The notes beneath the pieces were generated by a model. It did no database searches. It worked only from the letters and a program-made list of their open reading frames with translations, and had not been told where the DNA came from. Shown here in pieces: positions 45,984 through 56,282 of a stretch of 56,570 nt of DNA (the first letter of the stretch is position 1; every line of letters begins with the position of its first letter). Both the position numbers and the translations under genes were made by a program. Origin of the DNA: Nitrosovibrio sp. Nv4 (GTDB lineage: Bacteria; Bdellovibrionota; UBA1018; CAIMNF01). The DNA lies in contig CALPVV020000003.1 of the NCBI GenBank assembly GCA_943327105.2, positions 1-56,570 of the forward strand, in the 5' to 3' direction.

Positions 45984-48740
45984 GTGAGTACCTTGAAGAT
46001 CATCGGATTGATCGCCGCAAGTTGCGGTTCATTCATTGGAAATGCTGCATTTGCGACTTCGGTCGACAAATACAGTTCATTGGACATTCAACATCACTCT
46101 TCTTTCTCAAGACTCAATATCGCTTTGGACGAGTCGTTCAAGCCAATCATTCGTAATCATTCGAAAGGTTTTGAAGTCAGAATTCCTTCAGCAAATTTAC
46201 TAGATCTTGGAATTCCGATGGGCGGAGAAAAAGAGTTCAATCAGCAAATGAAGGACTTACGCGATTCCCGTCTTGCTGAGTTGACTGTATCGGAGAAAGA
46301 TTCTGAGCTCGTCATTCGCGGTAAATATGCGTTCCCATCAGGTAAGGAAGCATTTGCAAAACCGGAAATGGAATTATTCGATTTTTACCGGAAAGAAGAT
46401 GGAAAATTCGTAATCGATTTTTGGTATAAAAAAGGCCTGACTGCAATTGAGGCTTTAAAGCAAAAAAGAAAGTTCGATCTTAAAAAGATTGAAGACAAGA
46501 AAAGCGAAATCTTGAAAAAAGAAGATGAGCGTAAAGCCCAAAAAGAAAAGAGAGTTGAAGAAAGCAAGACTGCGCTTCGATTCTGCGAAACCCCACTCAG
46601 TAGGGATAATAGTCTCTGGGTCAGGTACCGCGCTGAACACCCTGTTTTGAATTTCAATTCTTATTTTCCTGAATTCATCCCTGATCATGGATTTAAATAC
46701 AAGGAACCGGCCGGCAAAAGTGAAGAAGACCAGATGGTCAGATTGGCGGTCAAACTTTCGCGTGAAAACAAGCATGCTCTTGTGGTGAAGACGGTCGAGT
46801 TTTTGAAAAAGGGATATCCGACATCAGCTTTCATGCGCGAGATGGAATTTCTTAAAGCAAGTTCATACTACCGGCTTGAAATGCATGAGCAGGGTAAAAT
46901 CCTGATTCAGGAACTTGCGAAAATTGAGAATAAAAGTGATGTAGGTGTCCAAGCCAATGCGTTTCTTGCAGCACAGTCTTTCCGAAACCAGGAGTGGCTT
47001 GCTGCTAACGATATATTCTTGAAGATTCGAAAAAATCATCCGGATCATCCACTGACCTGGTTGTTCAGATACGGAATCGCCGAGAGTCTTTATCAAATCA
47101 GACAATATGATCAGGCAAGACCTGAATTCGAATGGCTTGCCAAGAATGCACCAAACTTGAAAATCAAGAATGAAGCAGGTTACAAGTTTGGCGATTTGTA
47201 CTTCAATCGTAATCAGTTTGCTCAAGCGATCAATGCGTATGAGTCAGTTCTTCAAAGAGGACAGGATGGTTTGGCAGGGTATCCGCACGTTTACATGAAT
47301 CTTGGTGAATCATATTTTCAGCTCGAAGAATTCGTAAAAGCCGAAGGTAGTTTCAAAAAGTACCTTGAAATTGCAAGAGCTCAACCTACCGCATGGAAGG
47401 CAAGTCTTCGCGTTGCCGAGATTCGTTCGATGAAAAGCCCCAAAGAATCTGAAAAGAATTATACCGAAACGGTGAATCAATACCCGATGACTCCCGGTGC
47501 GGCGATTGCCCGATTGCGTATGCTTCCCTGTGGTAGTCATGGCGGATTTGATCTGTTAAGTGCGATCAGATATGTGAATTCGGATGAAGTGAAAAAAATC
47601 GAAGACCCTGCCGCTTTCTATTCCACAAGCTTATCGGAATTAGTCGGTCTTACCGAAGTCAGAACGCTTCTTTCCTTCAATGAAGATGAAAAAGCGATTG
47701 AGAAGGGATTGGCTCACTTGCGTGAGAATCCGTCAATGGAAGCTAGAAAACTGATTGAGCGAGGAATAGTCGGCGGAGTGAAGCGTCTGTTGGGCAAGAA
47801 GCTTGACGATCAGGACTATTATGGTGCGATCGCTTTTTACGAGAAGCATGGGGAGTATCTTCCTGCTCCGACATTTGATCCGAATTGTGATGAAATGAGA
47901 CTTAAAATTGCACGGTTTGCCGCAGATAAAAAACTGGCAACCCTTGCACTGAGAATCATCGAGCCATTTCGTTCAAGTGACGAGGTGGGATTGAAGATTG
48001 CAGCCAACGAAATTCAAAAAAACCTTCAACTTGAAAGCACCGATGAAATGGAAAGTCGTGCGATTGTTGAGGCAAAATCAATGTGGAATGGCGAAAAATT
48101 CAACGCCAAAGATGAGAAAGAGTCTGAAGAGTTTCTTTCCAAGCTTGACTCGATTCGTGATCAATCACGATTCGCACCGGAACGGGATTTGTTAAAATCA
48201 CTTTTTTATCGCCTGAAGGGCAATGATGATCGGGCGTTTTTGGTCGGCAGAAAACTGGCATCAGGAATGAATGGATTCAGCCAGTATACAAAGGCACAAA
48301 GCTGGTCTTATATTGCGGAATTGGGTGCAAAAGCCAAGGATCACGCCTTTTCAGCCAGTGCATTTCATCAGGCTCGTCTTTTGGTTGGAAAACTGACGGA
48401 GAAAGATCAGCCATCGTTTGAATACCGTCATTTTCCGAACGCGCCAACAAAGGCAAGACTCTATGCTTCCGAAGGTGAACAGCTTGAATACCAGGAAAAA
48501 TGGAAGGAAGCGGTTGCGCTTTACAATGAAGCGATAGAAAATAAATTAGGGGGAAATCACGTTCTTTATGCGCATGCACGTGCGATTTTGAAGGATGGTG
48601 GTCGCGACTCCAGGCTGATCGCAAGCCGGTCGCTAGAAAAAATTAAACAGAGTCAGGATGATGATGTTTGGAAAACACTGGCGCAGAAGGCGCTAGATTC
48701 GATTGCCAAGGAGGGCAAGAATGATGAAAAGCGAAAATAA
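45984..48740 (+). CDS. Large exported TPR protein heading the flagellar basal-body operon
   Basis: Signal peptide, multiple TPRs; overlaps the regulator start. Confidence 0.85.
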   Translation: MSTLKIIGLIAASCGSFIGNAAFATSVDKYSSLDIQHHSSFSRLNIALDESFKPIIRNHSKGFEVRIPSANLLDLGIPMGGEKEFNQQMKDLRDSRLAELTVSEKDSELVIRGKYAFPSGKEAFAKPEMELFDFYRKEDGKFVIDFWYKKGLTAIEALKQKRKFDLKKIEDKKSEILKKEDERKAQKEKRVEESKTALRFCETPLSRDNSLWVRYRAEHPVLNFNSYFPEFIPDHGFKYKEPAGKSEEDQMVRLAVKLSRENKHALVVKTVEFLKKGYPTSAFMREMEFLKASSYYRLEMHEQGKILIQELAKIENKSDVGVQANAFLAAQSFRNQEWLAANDIFLKIRKNHPDHPLTWLFRYGIAESLYQIRQYDQARPEFEWLAKNAPNLKIKNEAGYKFGDLYFNRNQFAQAINAYESVLQRGQDGLAGYPHVYMNLGESYFQLEEFVKAEGSFKKYLEIARAQPTAWKASLRVAEIRSMKSPKESEKNYTETVNQYPMTPGAAIARLRMLPCGSHGGFDLLSAIRYVNSDEVKKIEDPAAFYSTSLSELVGLTEVRTLLSFNEDEKAIEKGLAHLRENPSMEARKLIERGIVGGVKRLLGKKLDDQDYYGAIAFYEKHGEYLPAPTFDPNCDEMRLKIARFAADKKLATLALRIIEPFRSSDEVGLKIAANEIQKNLQLESTDEMESRAIVEAKSMWNGEKFNAKDEKESEEFLSKLDSIRDQSRFAPERDLLKSLFYRLKGNDDRAFLVGRKLASGMNGFSQYTKAQSWSYIAELGAKAKDHAFSASAFHQARLLVGKLTEKDQPSFEYRHFPNAPTKARLYASEGEQLEYQEKWKEAVALYNEAIENKLGGNHVLYAHARAILKDGGRDSRLIASRSLEKIKQSQDDDVWKTLAQKALDSIAKEGKNDEKRK

Positions 48741-49626
48741 GATTGAGACCAAGGAGTTGGGAACGGTTGATCACGAGTTCTCCGGGTTGCTCCAGTTGTC
48801 CAGATCGATCGCGAAAAGTCGCGCAACTGTTCTGATTCAAGGTGCGACCGGTACCGGCAAGAAAACAATTGCAAAGTACATTCATGAAAACAGTGTCCGT
48901 GCGGAAAAGAATTTTGAAGTTCTGAACGCGCGTGAAGTAAGCAATGATCAATGGGATCACGATTTCAAGAAGAAGCTCGAGCTCTCTTTGGGCGGAACTT
49001 TTCTCATCGTTGAAATCTCAAAACTGACATTGCAACAACAGCAAAAAGTTTATGAAGCGGTTCAATCGGGAACCGATATCCGTTGGATTGCAACCACCAG
49101 TGAAGATCTTGCCCGTTTATCGGCAGAAGGTAAGTTCCGTGAAGATCTTTATTACCGTTTCAATATCGTGAATTTGAAAGTTCCTGCGCTGGTTGCGCGA
49201 TTGAGCGATATCGAGCTTTTAGCGAATTCATTCGCTCGAAAATATTCAAAAATCCACGCACGCAAGACTCCGATTTTCAGTGAAGATGCGATCCAGTATC
49301 TGAAAGCTCAGAAATGGACCGGAAATTTGCGTGAGTTGGAAAGCTCTGTTGAACGCGCCGTTCTTCTTTCGCAAGATCTGGAGATTCGCCCTCGTGACAT
49401 TCAAGTAACCGTTGCTAAAGAACCGATCGCAGTTCTCAGTCTTGATGATAAAAATCTTGATTGGAAGCCGGGTAAGACCCTCGATGAAATCGAGCGTTCA
49501 GTGATTCTTGAGGCGCTGAAATACCACGAAGGCAATCGTACCCATACCGCGAAATCGTTGGGAATTTCAATTCGCACACTTCGTAACAAACTTGCCGAAT
49601 ACCGCGTATTGGGGATTCACGCATGA
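48721..49626 (+). CDS. NtrC-family AAA+/Fis-HTH regulator, FlbD/FlgR-like HTH, lacking GAFTGA and receiver domain
   Basis: AGGAGG RBS; GATGTGK, FREDLYYR, GNLRELE, HTH GNRTHTA..LGISIRTLRNKL; Walker B LIVE. Confidence 0.88.
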   Translation: MMKSENKIETKELGTVDHEFSGLLQLSRSIAKSRATVLIQGATGTGKKTIAKYIHENSVRAEKNFEVLNAREVSNDQWDHDFKKKLELSLGGTFLIVEISKLTLQQQQKVYEAVQSGTDIRWIATTSEDLARLSAEGKFREDLYYRFNIVNLKVPALVARLSDIELLANSFARKYSKIHARKTPIFSEDAIQYLKAQKWTGNLRELESSVERAVLLSQDLEIRPRDIQVTVAKEPIAVLSLDDKNLDWKPGKTLDEIERSVILEALKYHEGNRTHTAKSLGISIRTLRNKLAEYRVLGIHA

Positions 49627-50039
49627 TGAAGAATTTCTTTGATCCGACGATCCGCGCGTTGAATCAGAACTTGAATCTCCGTCAAGAGAATCAAAACATC
49701 ATTTCGGGCAATATTGCGAACGCGGATACCCCTGGCTACAAGGCGAAGACTTCTAATTTCGAACAAGCCATGCGTGATGCCCTAGATCTGAGTGAGAATG
49801 TGAAGCTTGAGACAGCTGACGCCGAGCACTTCGGCTCAAAAGGTCCCGAAGCCGTTCAAGCCGATGTCTATGATGATCCTAACGGAGTCGAATCTCTCGA
49901 TGGCAATACCGTCGATCGTTCCGCCGAGATGGCGAAAATGAAAGAGAACCAGATTCTATATAATGCGTCGATTGAAGCGTTAAGAAAAAAAATTGGAATG
50001 CTGGAATACGGTGTTTCTGAAGGCGGAGGTAATCGCTAA
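49623..50039 (+). CDS. flgB: Flagellar basal-body rod protein FlgB
   Basis: NIANADTPGYKA, DGNTVD. Confidence 0.96.
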   Translation: MMKNFFDPTIRALNQNLNLRQENQNIISGNIANADTPGYKAKTSNFEQAMRDALDLSENVKLETADAEHFGSKGPEAVQADVYDDPNGVESLDGNTVDRSAEMAKMKENQILYNASIEALRKKIGMLEYGVSEGGGNR

Positions 50040-50461
50040 TGGCTGATTTCTTTTCATCGATGAGAGTGAGCGCAACCGGGCTTGATGCCCAAATGAAGCG
50101 CATGAATACGATTTCTTCGAATATCGCGAATGCCGAATCGCAAGGGTATAAACGCAAGGACGTTGAACTTACTGCGACTGCTGATCGCGAGAGTTTTGGT
50201 GAAATTCTTCAGAATAAAGTGGATGAGTCGACCCAAGGAGTGCTGGTGACGGATGTTCGTGAAGACACAAAGCCTCAACGGTTGGTTTATAAACCGGATG
50301 ATCCGAATGCAAATGCTGAAGGTTACATCGAGATGCCAAATGTGAACCCGGTACAGGAAATGGCAAACATGATCAGTGCTCAGCGTTCGTATGAAGCGAA
50401 CGTGACCGCGATCGGTGCCGCAACCCAGATGGCCAATAAGGCCCTCGAGCTTGGACGATAA
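50039..50461 (+). CDS. flgC: Flagellar basal-body rod protein FlgC
   Basis: ISSNIANA, MPNVNPVQEMANMISAQRSYEAN. Confidence 0.96.
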   Translation: MADFFSSMRVSATGLDAQMKRMNTISSNIANAESQGYKRKDVELTATADRESFGEILQNKVDESTQGVLVTDVREDTKPQRLVYKPDDPNANAEGYIEMPNVNPVQEMANMISAQRSYEANVTAIGAATQMANKALELGR

Positions 50462-50474
50462 GGAGTAGGAAGAG

Positions 50475-50813
50475 ATGAATACAATCAATAATTCCTTCAG
50501 ACAAATCGACCCTGACTTGGGAATGATCCAGTCTACTGGAAGTAAAGAGATGACGGGTGCGCCCGCTGTTGGCGGCGCAAGCGAATCTAAGGGTGGTACG
50601 TTTTTCGATGCCCTTCAGAGCACGATGGAAGAAGTGAATAAGAACCAGTTGGAAGCGGATCAGTCGATCAAGGACCTCGTGGCAGGACGAACCAAAAACA
50701 TTCATGAGACCATGCTTCAGCTTCAAAAAGCCGACCTTTCTCTCAAGACAATGATGCAAGTGAGAAACAAGGTTCTTGAAGCGTATAAAGAAATCATGAA
50801 AATGCAGGTATAG
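50475..50813 (+). CDS. fliE: Flagellar hook-basal body protein FliE
   Basis: VRNKVLEAYKEIMKMQV. Confidence 0.96.
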   Translation: MNTINNSFRQIDPDLGMIQSTGSKEMTGAPAVGGASESKGGTFFDALQSTMEEVNKNQLEADQSIKDLVAGRTKNIHETMLQLQKADLSLKTMMQVRNKVLEAYKEIMKMQV

Positions 50814-50830
50814 GTGGAGGCGAATAATCG

Positions 50831-52546
50831 ATGAATTTTTTCACGAAAGTTTCAGGACAAATCAAGGACTTCCTTACTGGTCTCTCAGCAGGTAGGAAGA
50901 TGGCTCTTGCGGTTACCGCAGTTGCCATCCTGCTTTTCATTGTTGGGATGATTTTCTGGGCCAGCCAGCAAAATTATCAGCCGATTACCCATGGAAACAT
51001 GTCGGCCGAAGATTCCGCCAATGTCATGAGACTCTTGCGTGAGAAGAAAATCCCGTTCCAGGTTGATGTTACCGGTAAACAGGTGATGGTGCCTTCAGAA
51101 TATCTGAATGACCTTCGCCTTGAATTGGCGATGCAGGGAATGCCTCAGTCCAACGGTACGGGGTATGAATTATTCGACAAACAGTCTTTCGGAACCACCA
51201 GTTTTGTAAACAAGTTGAATCAGAAGCGCGCGATGGAAGGCGAGCTGATGAGATCAATCAATACGATCAAAGGAGTAAAGCGTTCCCGTGTTCACCTGGC
51301 GATGCCTGAGAAGAGTGCGTTTGTTCAAGATCAGAAAAAAGTAACCGCATCGGTGGTTCTTGATCTTGAATCGGGTGTTCAGCTGAATGAAAAACAGATT
51401 TTTGGTATCAGTCATCTGATTTCAAGTGCGGTTGAAGGGCTTGACTCCGCAAATGTTGCGATTCTTGATTCATTCGGAAAGGAACTTTCCAAAAATTCAC
51501 GCGATTCCCTGATTTCATTAACCAGCGAACAGAGCGAATACAAACGCAAGCTTGAAGAAGGTTATCAGCAGAAAATCGAAGATGTGCTCTCAAAAGTGGT
51601 CGGAGAAGGTCGAGTAAAGGCTTCAATCACTGCTGATCTGGACTTTTCGAATGTTCAGGAATCCCAGACCATCCTTGATCAGGATGGTGCAACCGTCCGA
51701 TCTTCCCAGAAGATTGCCGAGAACATGGAAGGTTCCAGACCGGTTGCTTCAGGTCCAGCTGGTGCGACTTCAAACACCCCGGGTGAACAGCCGGGTGTTG
51801 TGAATCCGAATGCGGTAAAAAACAATACCAACAAGAGCAACGAAATCGTTAACTACGATATTCCAAAAACGATTCGTACCACTTCACGTCCGGTGGGAAG
51901 TCTCAAGAAGCTTTCGGTCGCAGTGTTGATCGATGGAAAAACGGTTAAAACAACCGCCGCAGACGGAAAAGTCGAGTCGAAAAACGAGCAGTGGAGTGCT
52001 GAAAAAATCAAGGAATTTGAAGCCTTGGTTACGGGCTCACTGGCGATCGACAAAAAACGCGGTGATACGCTTGAAATCAAGAACATGGAGTTCGCTCGTG
52101 AAGACTTTATTGAAGCGGAAAAATTATTGGACGCTTCTGTCTTCAGGTCATACATCCAGCAAATTGTTCTGTATTCGGTGATTGCTTTGGTGATCGTATT
52201 GTTCTTCTTCTTCGTCGTTCGTCCATACATTCGATGGATTACCGAGAACACTACCGAGAGTGTCGATACTTTCCTGCCTCAGACCATCGAAGAGCTTGAA
52301 AAGATCCAGAAGAGCAGTGTTCTCTCCCAGTTGGATGATGTGATTCCGGATCTTCCGGATCGTCTTGATCCGGACAAGATCGAGGGAGAGATGATTCGTG
52401 AAAAAATTTCGACCCTGATTGATAATAATCCTCATAAGGCATCGTTGATCTTGAGGGATTGGCTCGCACAGGGAACTCCGAGTGAGATTAACAAGACTAC
52501 TGCTGCGCCAGCCGCAGACAAAGGCAAAGCAGCTAACCCTGCTTGA
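50831..52546 (+). CDS. fliF: Flagellar MS-ring protein FliF
   Basis: GYELFD, RAMEGEL, RVHLAMP, ASV, two TMs. Confidence 0.97.
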   Translation: MNFFTKVSGQIKDFLTGLSAGRKMALAVTAVAILLFIVGMIFWASQQNYQPITHGNMSAEDSANVMRLLREKKIPFQVDVTGKQVMVPSEYLNDLRLELAMQGMPQSNGTGYELFDKQSFGTTSFVNKLNQKRAMEGELMRSINTIKGVKRSRVHLAMPEKSAFVQDQKKVTASVVLDLESGVQLNEKQIFGISHLISSAVEGLDSANVAILDSFGKELSKNSRDSLISLTSEQSEYKRKLEEGYQQKIEDVLSKVVGEGRVKASITADLDFSNVQESQTILDQDGATVRSSQKIAENMEGSRPVASGPAGATSNTPGEQPGVVNPNAVKNNTNKSNEIVNYDIPKTIRTTSRPVGSLKKLSVAVLIDGKTVKTTAADGKVESKNEQWSAEKIKEFEALVTGSLAIDKKRGDTLEIKNMEFAREDFIEAEKLLDASVFRSYIQQIVLYSVIALVIVLFFFFVVRPYIRWITENTTESVDTFLPQTIEELEKIQKSSVLSQLDDVIPDLPDRLDPDKIEGEMIREKISTLIDNNPHKASLILRDWLAQGTPSEINKTTAAPAADKGKAANPA

Positions 52547-52571
52547 TAGGTAAAGATAAGGAGAACTAAAC

Positions 52572-53594
52572 ATGGGTGCATTGGTTGCGACAAGTTATGA
52601 AGATCTGACGGGTATTGAAAGATCCGCAATTCTCCTCAACGTACTTGGAAACCGGGTTACTGCCGAAATCTTCAAGCGATTGCGTGATAATGACGTGAAG
52701 CGCTTGGTTACGGTGATGGGCCAGGTAAACAAGGTGCCGATCCATGTGGTGAAGTTGGTTCTTGATGACTTTTATGCCGAGATTTCAGAAGAAGAGCAGC
52801 TGATCTTTGGCCATGCAACAGGTAAGGAATTCATTCTTGAAACTTTGGGTGAAGAACGCGCTAAAACGGTACTTGGTCAGTTGGCGGTGGTTGAAGGTGG
52901 TAGATCACTCGAGGCCCTTGAGCTTGTTGACCCTCGTACTCTTGCAAACTTCCTCGTGAATGAACATCCTCAAACAACCGCGGTTGTTCTTGCACATTTG
53001 ACCTCTGACAAAAAATGCGAAGTACTCAAAAAACTTCCAGAGCCGGTACAAACCGAAGTGGTTCTCAGAATTGCAAATCTCGATTTCATTTCTCCTTCAT
53101 TGCTTGCGCAGGTGGATGAAATTCTTAAACAGGAATTGGCAACACTGGGCTCGATCGATACCCAGCAGTTGGGTGGTGTTTCTCCGATCGCAGAAATGTT
53201 GAACGTGATGGACAAAAATACCGAACAAAGCATCATGGCTCGTGTCGAAGAACGCGATCCACAGTTGGCGGAAGAAATTCGTCGCTTGATGTTCGTATTC
53301 GAAGACATTGTCTTCATCGACGATCGCGGTATGCAAACACTTCTCAAGGAAGTTCCGAACGACAAACTCACGATTGCGCTCAAAACAGCGCCGGAAGACA
53401 TCAAGGCCAAGATCTTCAAGAATATATCGAAGCGTGCGGCCGATCTTCTTCGAGAAGACCTGGCGGCAATGCCTCCGGTCCGATTGTCGGATGTCGAAGT
53501 TGCTCAACAGGAAATCGTCAACGTTGCAAAACGACTCGAAGGCGAAGGAAAACTCATCATCAGTCGTGGTGGTGGAGATGATGCTCTCGTTTGA
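52572..53594 (+). CDS. fliG: Flagellar motor switch protein FliG
   Basis: EHPQ, GG, MFVFED, VEVAQQEI. Confidence 0.97.
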   Translation: MGALVATSYEDLTGIERSAILLNVLGNRVTAEIFKRLRDNDVKRLVTVMGQVNKVPIHVVKLVLDDFYAEISEEEQLIFGHATGKEFILETLGEERAKTVLGQLAVVEGGRSLEALELVDPRTLANFLVNEHPQTTAVVLAHLTSDKKCEVLKKLPEPVQTEVVLRIANLDFISPSLLAQVDEILKQELATLGSIDTQQLGGVSPIAEMLNVMDKNTEQSIMARVEERDPQLAEEIRRLMFVFEDIVFIDDRGMQTLLKEVPNDKLTIALKTAPEDIKAKIFKNISKRAADLLREDLAAMPPVRLSDVEVAQQEIVNVAKRLEGEGKLIISRGGGDDALV

Positions 53595-53607
53595 TAAAGG
53601 GGTCTGA

Positions 53608-54381
53608 ATGGAAAAATTCAAACAAGAGAAGAAGTTGCAGGTGAGTGAAGGGCCGATGGAAGTTCGGTCTTTCCAGCCACGCTCATTGACGGGCACCGTG
53701 GTCAATGATTACGAATCGACGAAATCGAAATTCGGAACGTTGGCTGCTACTGATTCTGAAGCGGATACGCGTTTCAATATGCATCCGGCATCAAGAAAGT
53801 ATCTTGGTATTGAAAATGAAGAGCATCGCCATCTTGAGGGACGCATCAATGAAGAGGTGGAAAAACGTCTTCAAGAATTGCGTGAACAGGCAAGGGTGGA
53901 AGGTTTTGCGAAAGGCCGAGAAGAGGGTATTGCAGCTGCAAAAGAAGAGTTTAGCCAGCAAAGTCAGCCAGTTTTTGACCATTTTCAAAAAGTATTGGTT
54001 GAATTCGAGGGCGCTAAAGATGAGATTTTCCATGCCAATGAAGAATTTCTGATTCAGCTAGTATTTCAAATCGCCCAGCAGGTGACATTGAAGGAGTTGA
54101 AGACTGATCGTGAATATGTGAAAAATCTTTGTTCTCAGCTGGTTGAGAAAATCGGAGCAAAAGATCACGTGAAGATCAAAATCGGTAAGGATGACTTCGA
54201 GCAGATCGATGCCATTCGCGAACATTTGAAACAGCAGTTTATTGATTTGAAAAACATACAGATTGATGTCTCGGAAGAATTCAACAGCGGTGGTTGCAAG
54301 GTTGAAACCGACCTTGCTCGTATCAATGCAAGTGTGGAAACCCAATTGCAATTGATCAGTCAGGCCTTGGGAGCACAATGA
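53608..54381 (+). CDS. fliH: Flagellar assembly protein FliH
   Basis: AxxxGxxxGxxxG repeat, GGCKVET. Confidence 0.92.
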   Translation: MEKFKQEKKLQVSEGPMEVRSFQPRSLTGTVVNDYESTKSKFGTLAATDSEADTRFNMHPASRKYLGIENEEHRHLEGRINEEVEKRLQELREQARVEGFAKGREEGIAAAKEEFSQQSQPVFDHFQKVLVEFEGAKDEIFHANEEFLIQLVFQIAQQVTLKELKTDREYVKNLCSQLVEKIGAKDHVKIKIGKDDFEQIDAIREHLKQQFIDLKNIQIDVSEEFNSGGCKVETDLARINASVETQLQLISQALGAQ

Positions 54382-55754
54382 CCTATCAGATTTCAAAGCA
54401 AAAATACGAAGAGCGTCTTGCGCAGAATATGCTTTATGATGAAGCGGGCAAGATTACGAAAACTCTTGGTTTGCTTTATGAAGCCTATCTTCCAGGTGGA
54501 AGTGTCGGCAGTATCTGTGAAATCGTTCTGAATGAACATGACCCCTTTGCTCAGCCGGTAGAGGCTGAGGTGGTGGGATTCAAGGACAAACGAGTCTATC
54601 TCATGCCATATGATGAGGTTACCGGCATCAATCACAATAGCGTGGTTAAACTGAAATCACGCGCTTCAAATTTTCTTGTTTCTGAGAGCCTTCTCGGTCG
54701 CGTGATCGATGGGCGAGGGCATCCGATCGATGGAAAAGGTCCTCTCTATAACAATGAATTTGAAACACAATATCGTTCACTTTACAGCAAACCAACCGCT
54801 CCTTTGGGGCGTGCGATGATCGAATCCCCCCTTGATCTTGGTGTTCGCGCCATCAATGGGTTGCTCACTTGCGGTAAGGGTCAGCGAATGGGAATCATGG
54901 CCGGATCAGGCGTGGGAAAATCAGTTCTACTCGGTATGATGGCAAGAAATACCGAAGCGGACATCAACGTCATTGCATTAATTGGTGAGCGTGGTCGGGA
55001 AGTGCGTGAGTTCATCGAGCGGGATCTTGGTGAAGAGGGTTTGAAGCGTTCAGTGGTCATTGTGGCAACTTCCGATAGTTCAGCATTGTTGAGAACTCGG
55101 GCCTCTTTCTTGGCTGCCACGATTGCCGAATTTTTCCGTGATCAGAATAAAGATGTCTTATTGATGATGGATTCGGTTACTCGTTTTTGCATGGCTCAAC
55201 GTGAAATCGGACTTTCATTGGGCGAGCCTCCTGCTTCAAAGGGTTATACACCGAGTGTTTTTGCCGCATTACCTCGTTTACTTGAGCGGGCGGGAATGGG
55301 TGAGAATGGCAAGAGTATTACCGGGTTGTATACGGTTTTGGTCGACGGAGATGACATGGATGAACCGATTGCCGATGCGGCAAGATCGATTCTCGATGGT
55401 CACATCGTTCTTTCCAGAAAACTTGCACAACAGAATCATTTTCCGGCAATCGATATCCTGTCGAGTGCTTCACGTGTGATGAACGCAGTGACCTCGAAAA
55501 ATCACCAACAATGGGCAGGGCAGGTCAAAGAATGGCTTGCTGTTTATAAACAAGCCGAAGATTTGATCAATATCGGAGCATACGTCAAAGGTTCAAACCC
55601 ACGCATTGACCAGTCGATCGGGGTTTATGACCGGATCATTTCTTATTTGCGTCAAAAAACAGACGAATCTTCGAATTATTCAGAGTGTGAAGGGTTACTT
55701 CACGGTATCGTGCGTTCCGGTGAAGCCCTTGCACAGGCGAATGCACGCAAGTAG
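54378..55754 (+). CDS. fliI: Flagellar export ATPase FliI
   Basis: GSGVGKS, IGERGRE, MDSVTRF, DGHIVLSR. Confidence 0.97.
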   Translation: MTYQISKQKYEERLAQNMLYDEAGKITKTLGLLYEAYLPGGSVGSICEIVLNEHDPFAQPVEAEVVGFKDKRVYLMPYDEVTGINHNSVVKLKSRASNFLVSESLLGRVIDGRGHPIDGKGPLYNNEFETQYRSLYSKPTAPLGRAMIESPLDLGVRAINGLLTCGKGQRMGIMAGSGVGKSVLLGMMARNTEADINVIALIGERGREVREFIERDLGEEGLKRSVVIVATSDSSALLRTRASFLAATIAEFFRDQNKDVLLMMDSVTRFCMAQREIGLSLGEPPASKGYTPSVFAALPRLLERAGMGENGKSITGLYTVLVDGDDMDEPIADAARSILDGHIVLSRKLAQQNHFPAIDILSSASRVMNAVTSKNHQQWAGQVKEWLAVYKQAEDLINIGAYVKGSNPRIDQSIGVYDRIISYLRQKTDESSNYSECEGLLHGIVRSGEALAQANARK

Positions 55755-55808
55755 GCAAACTTTACAGTCTAGATATTTAACAGCCTTTGTTTAATAATTA
55801 TATTAAGT

Positions 55809-56282
55809 ATGGCTAAATTCCAATTCAAGCTTAAGGCAGTAGAAGAGTTCAGAAACAAAAAAGAGCAGAAAATGCTCGAGGAACTTTCTGTTTCTCAGCG
55901 GAATTATCAGCAAAAAATCAATGATAAGAAAATACTTCTTGCGAAGAAACAAGAGAGTTTCTTGCGTAAGAACGACTTGCTCAGCAGGGATGCGAGCATC
56001 AATGATATTCGCATTCAGGAAGAATACATTGTCGGTCTGAAGCACCAGATTGTACGCGCCGATCAGGCAATCATTCGCGCCCGTCGTTTTCTCGAGCAAG
56101 ATATGAAAAAATACATTCAAGCCCGTCGTGAACGCATGATGGTTGATCGTCTCAAGGAAAAAGCGCTTGAAGAATTCAAGATTGAACAGGCTCGCCTTGA
56201 GCAAAAGCAACTTGATGATCTGATCACCATGCGTGCGCGCTTGAATCATGGTCCGATCGAAGGCGAGGAGGAAATCGCATGA
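55809..56282 (+). CDS. fliJ: Flagellar export protein FliJ
   Basis: FQFKL N-terminus, coiled coil, EQKQLDD; position after fliI. Confidence 0.9.
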   Translation: MAKFQFKLKAVEEFRNKKEQKMLEELSVSQRNYQQKINDKKILLAKKQESFLRKNDLLSRDASINDIRIQEEYIVGLKHQIVRADQAIIRARRFLEQDMKKYIQARRERMMVDRLKEKALEEFKIEQARLEQKQLDDLITMRARLNHGPIEGEEEIA

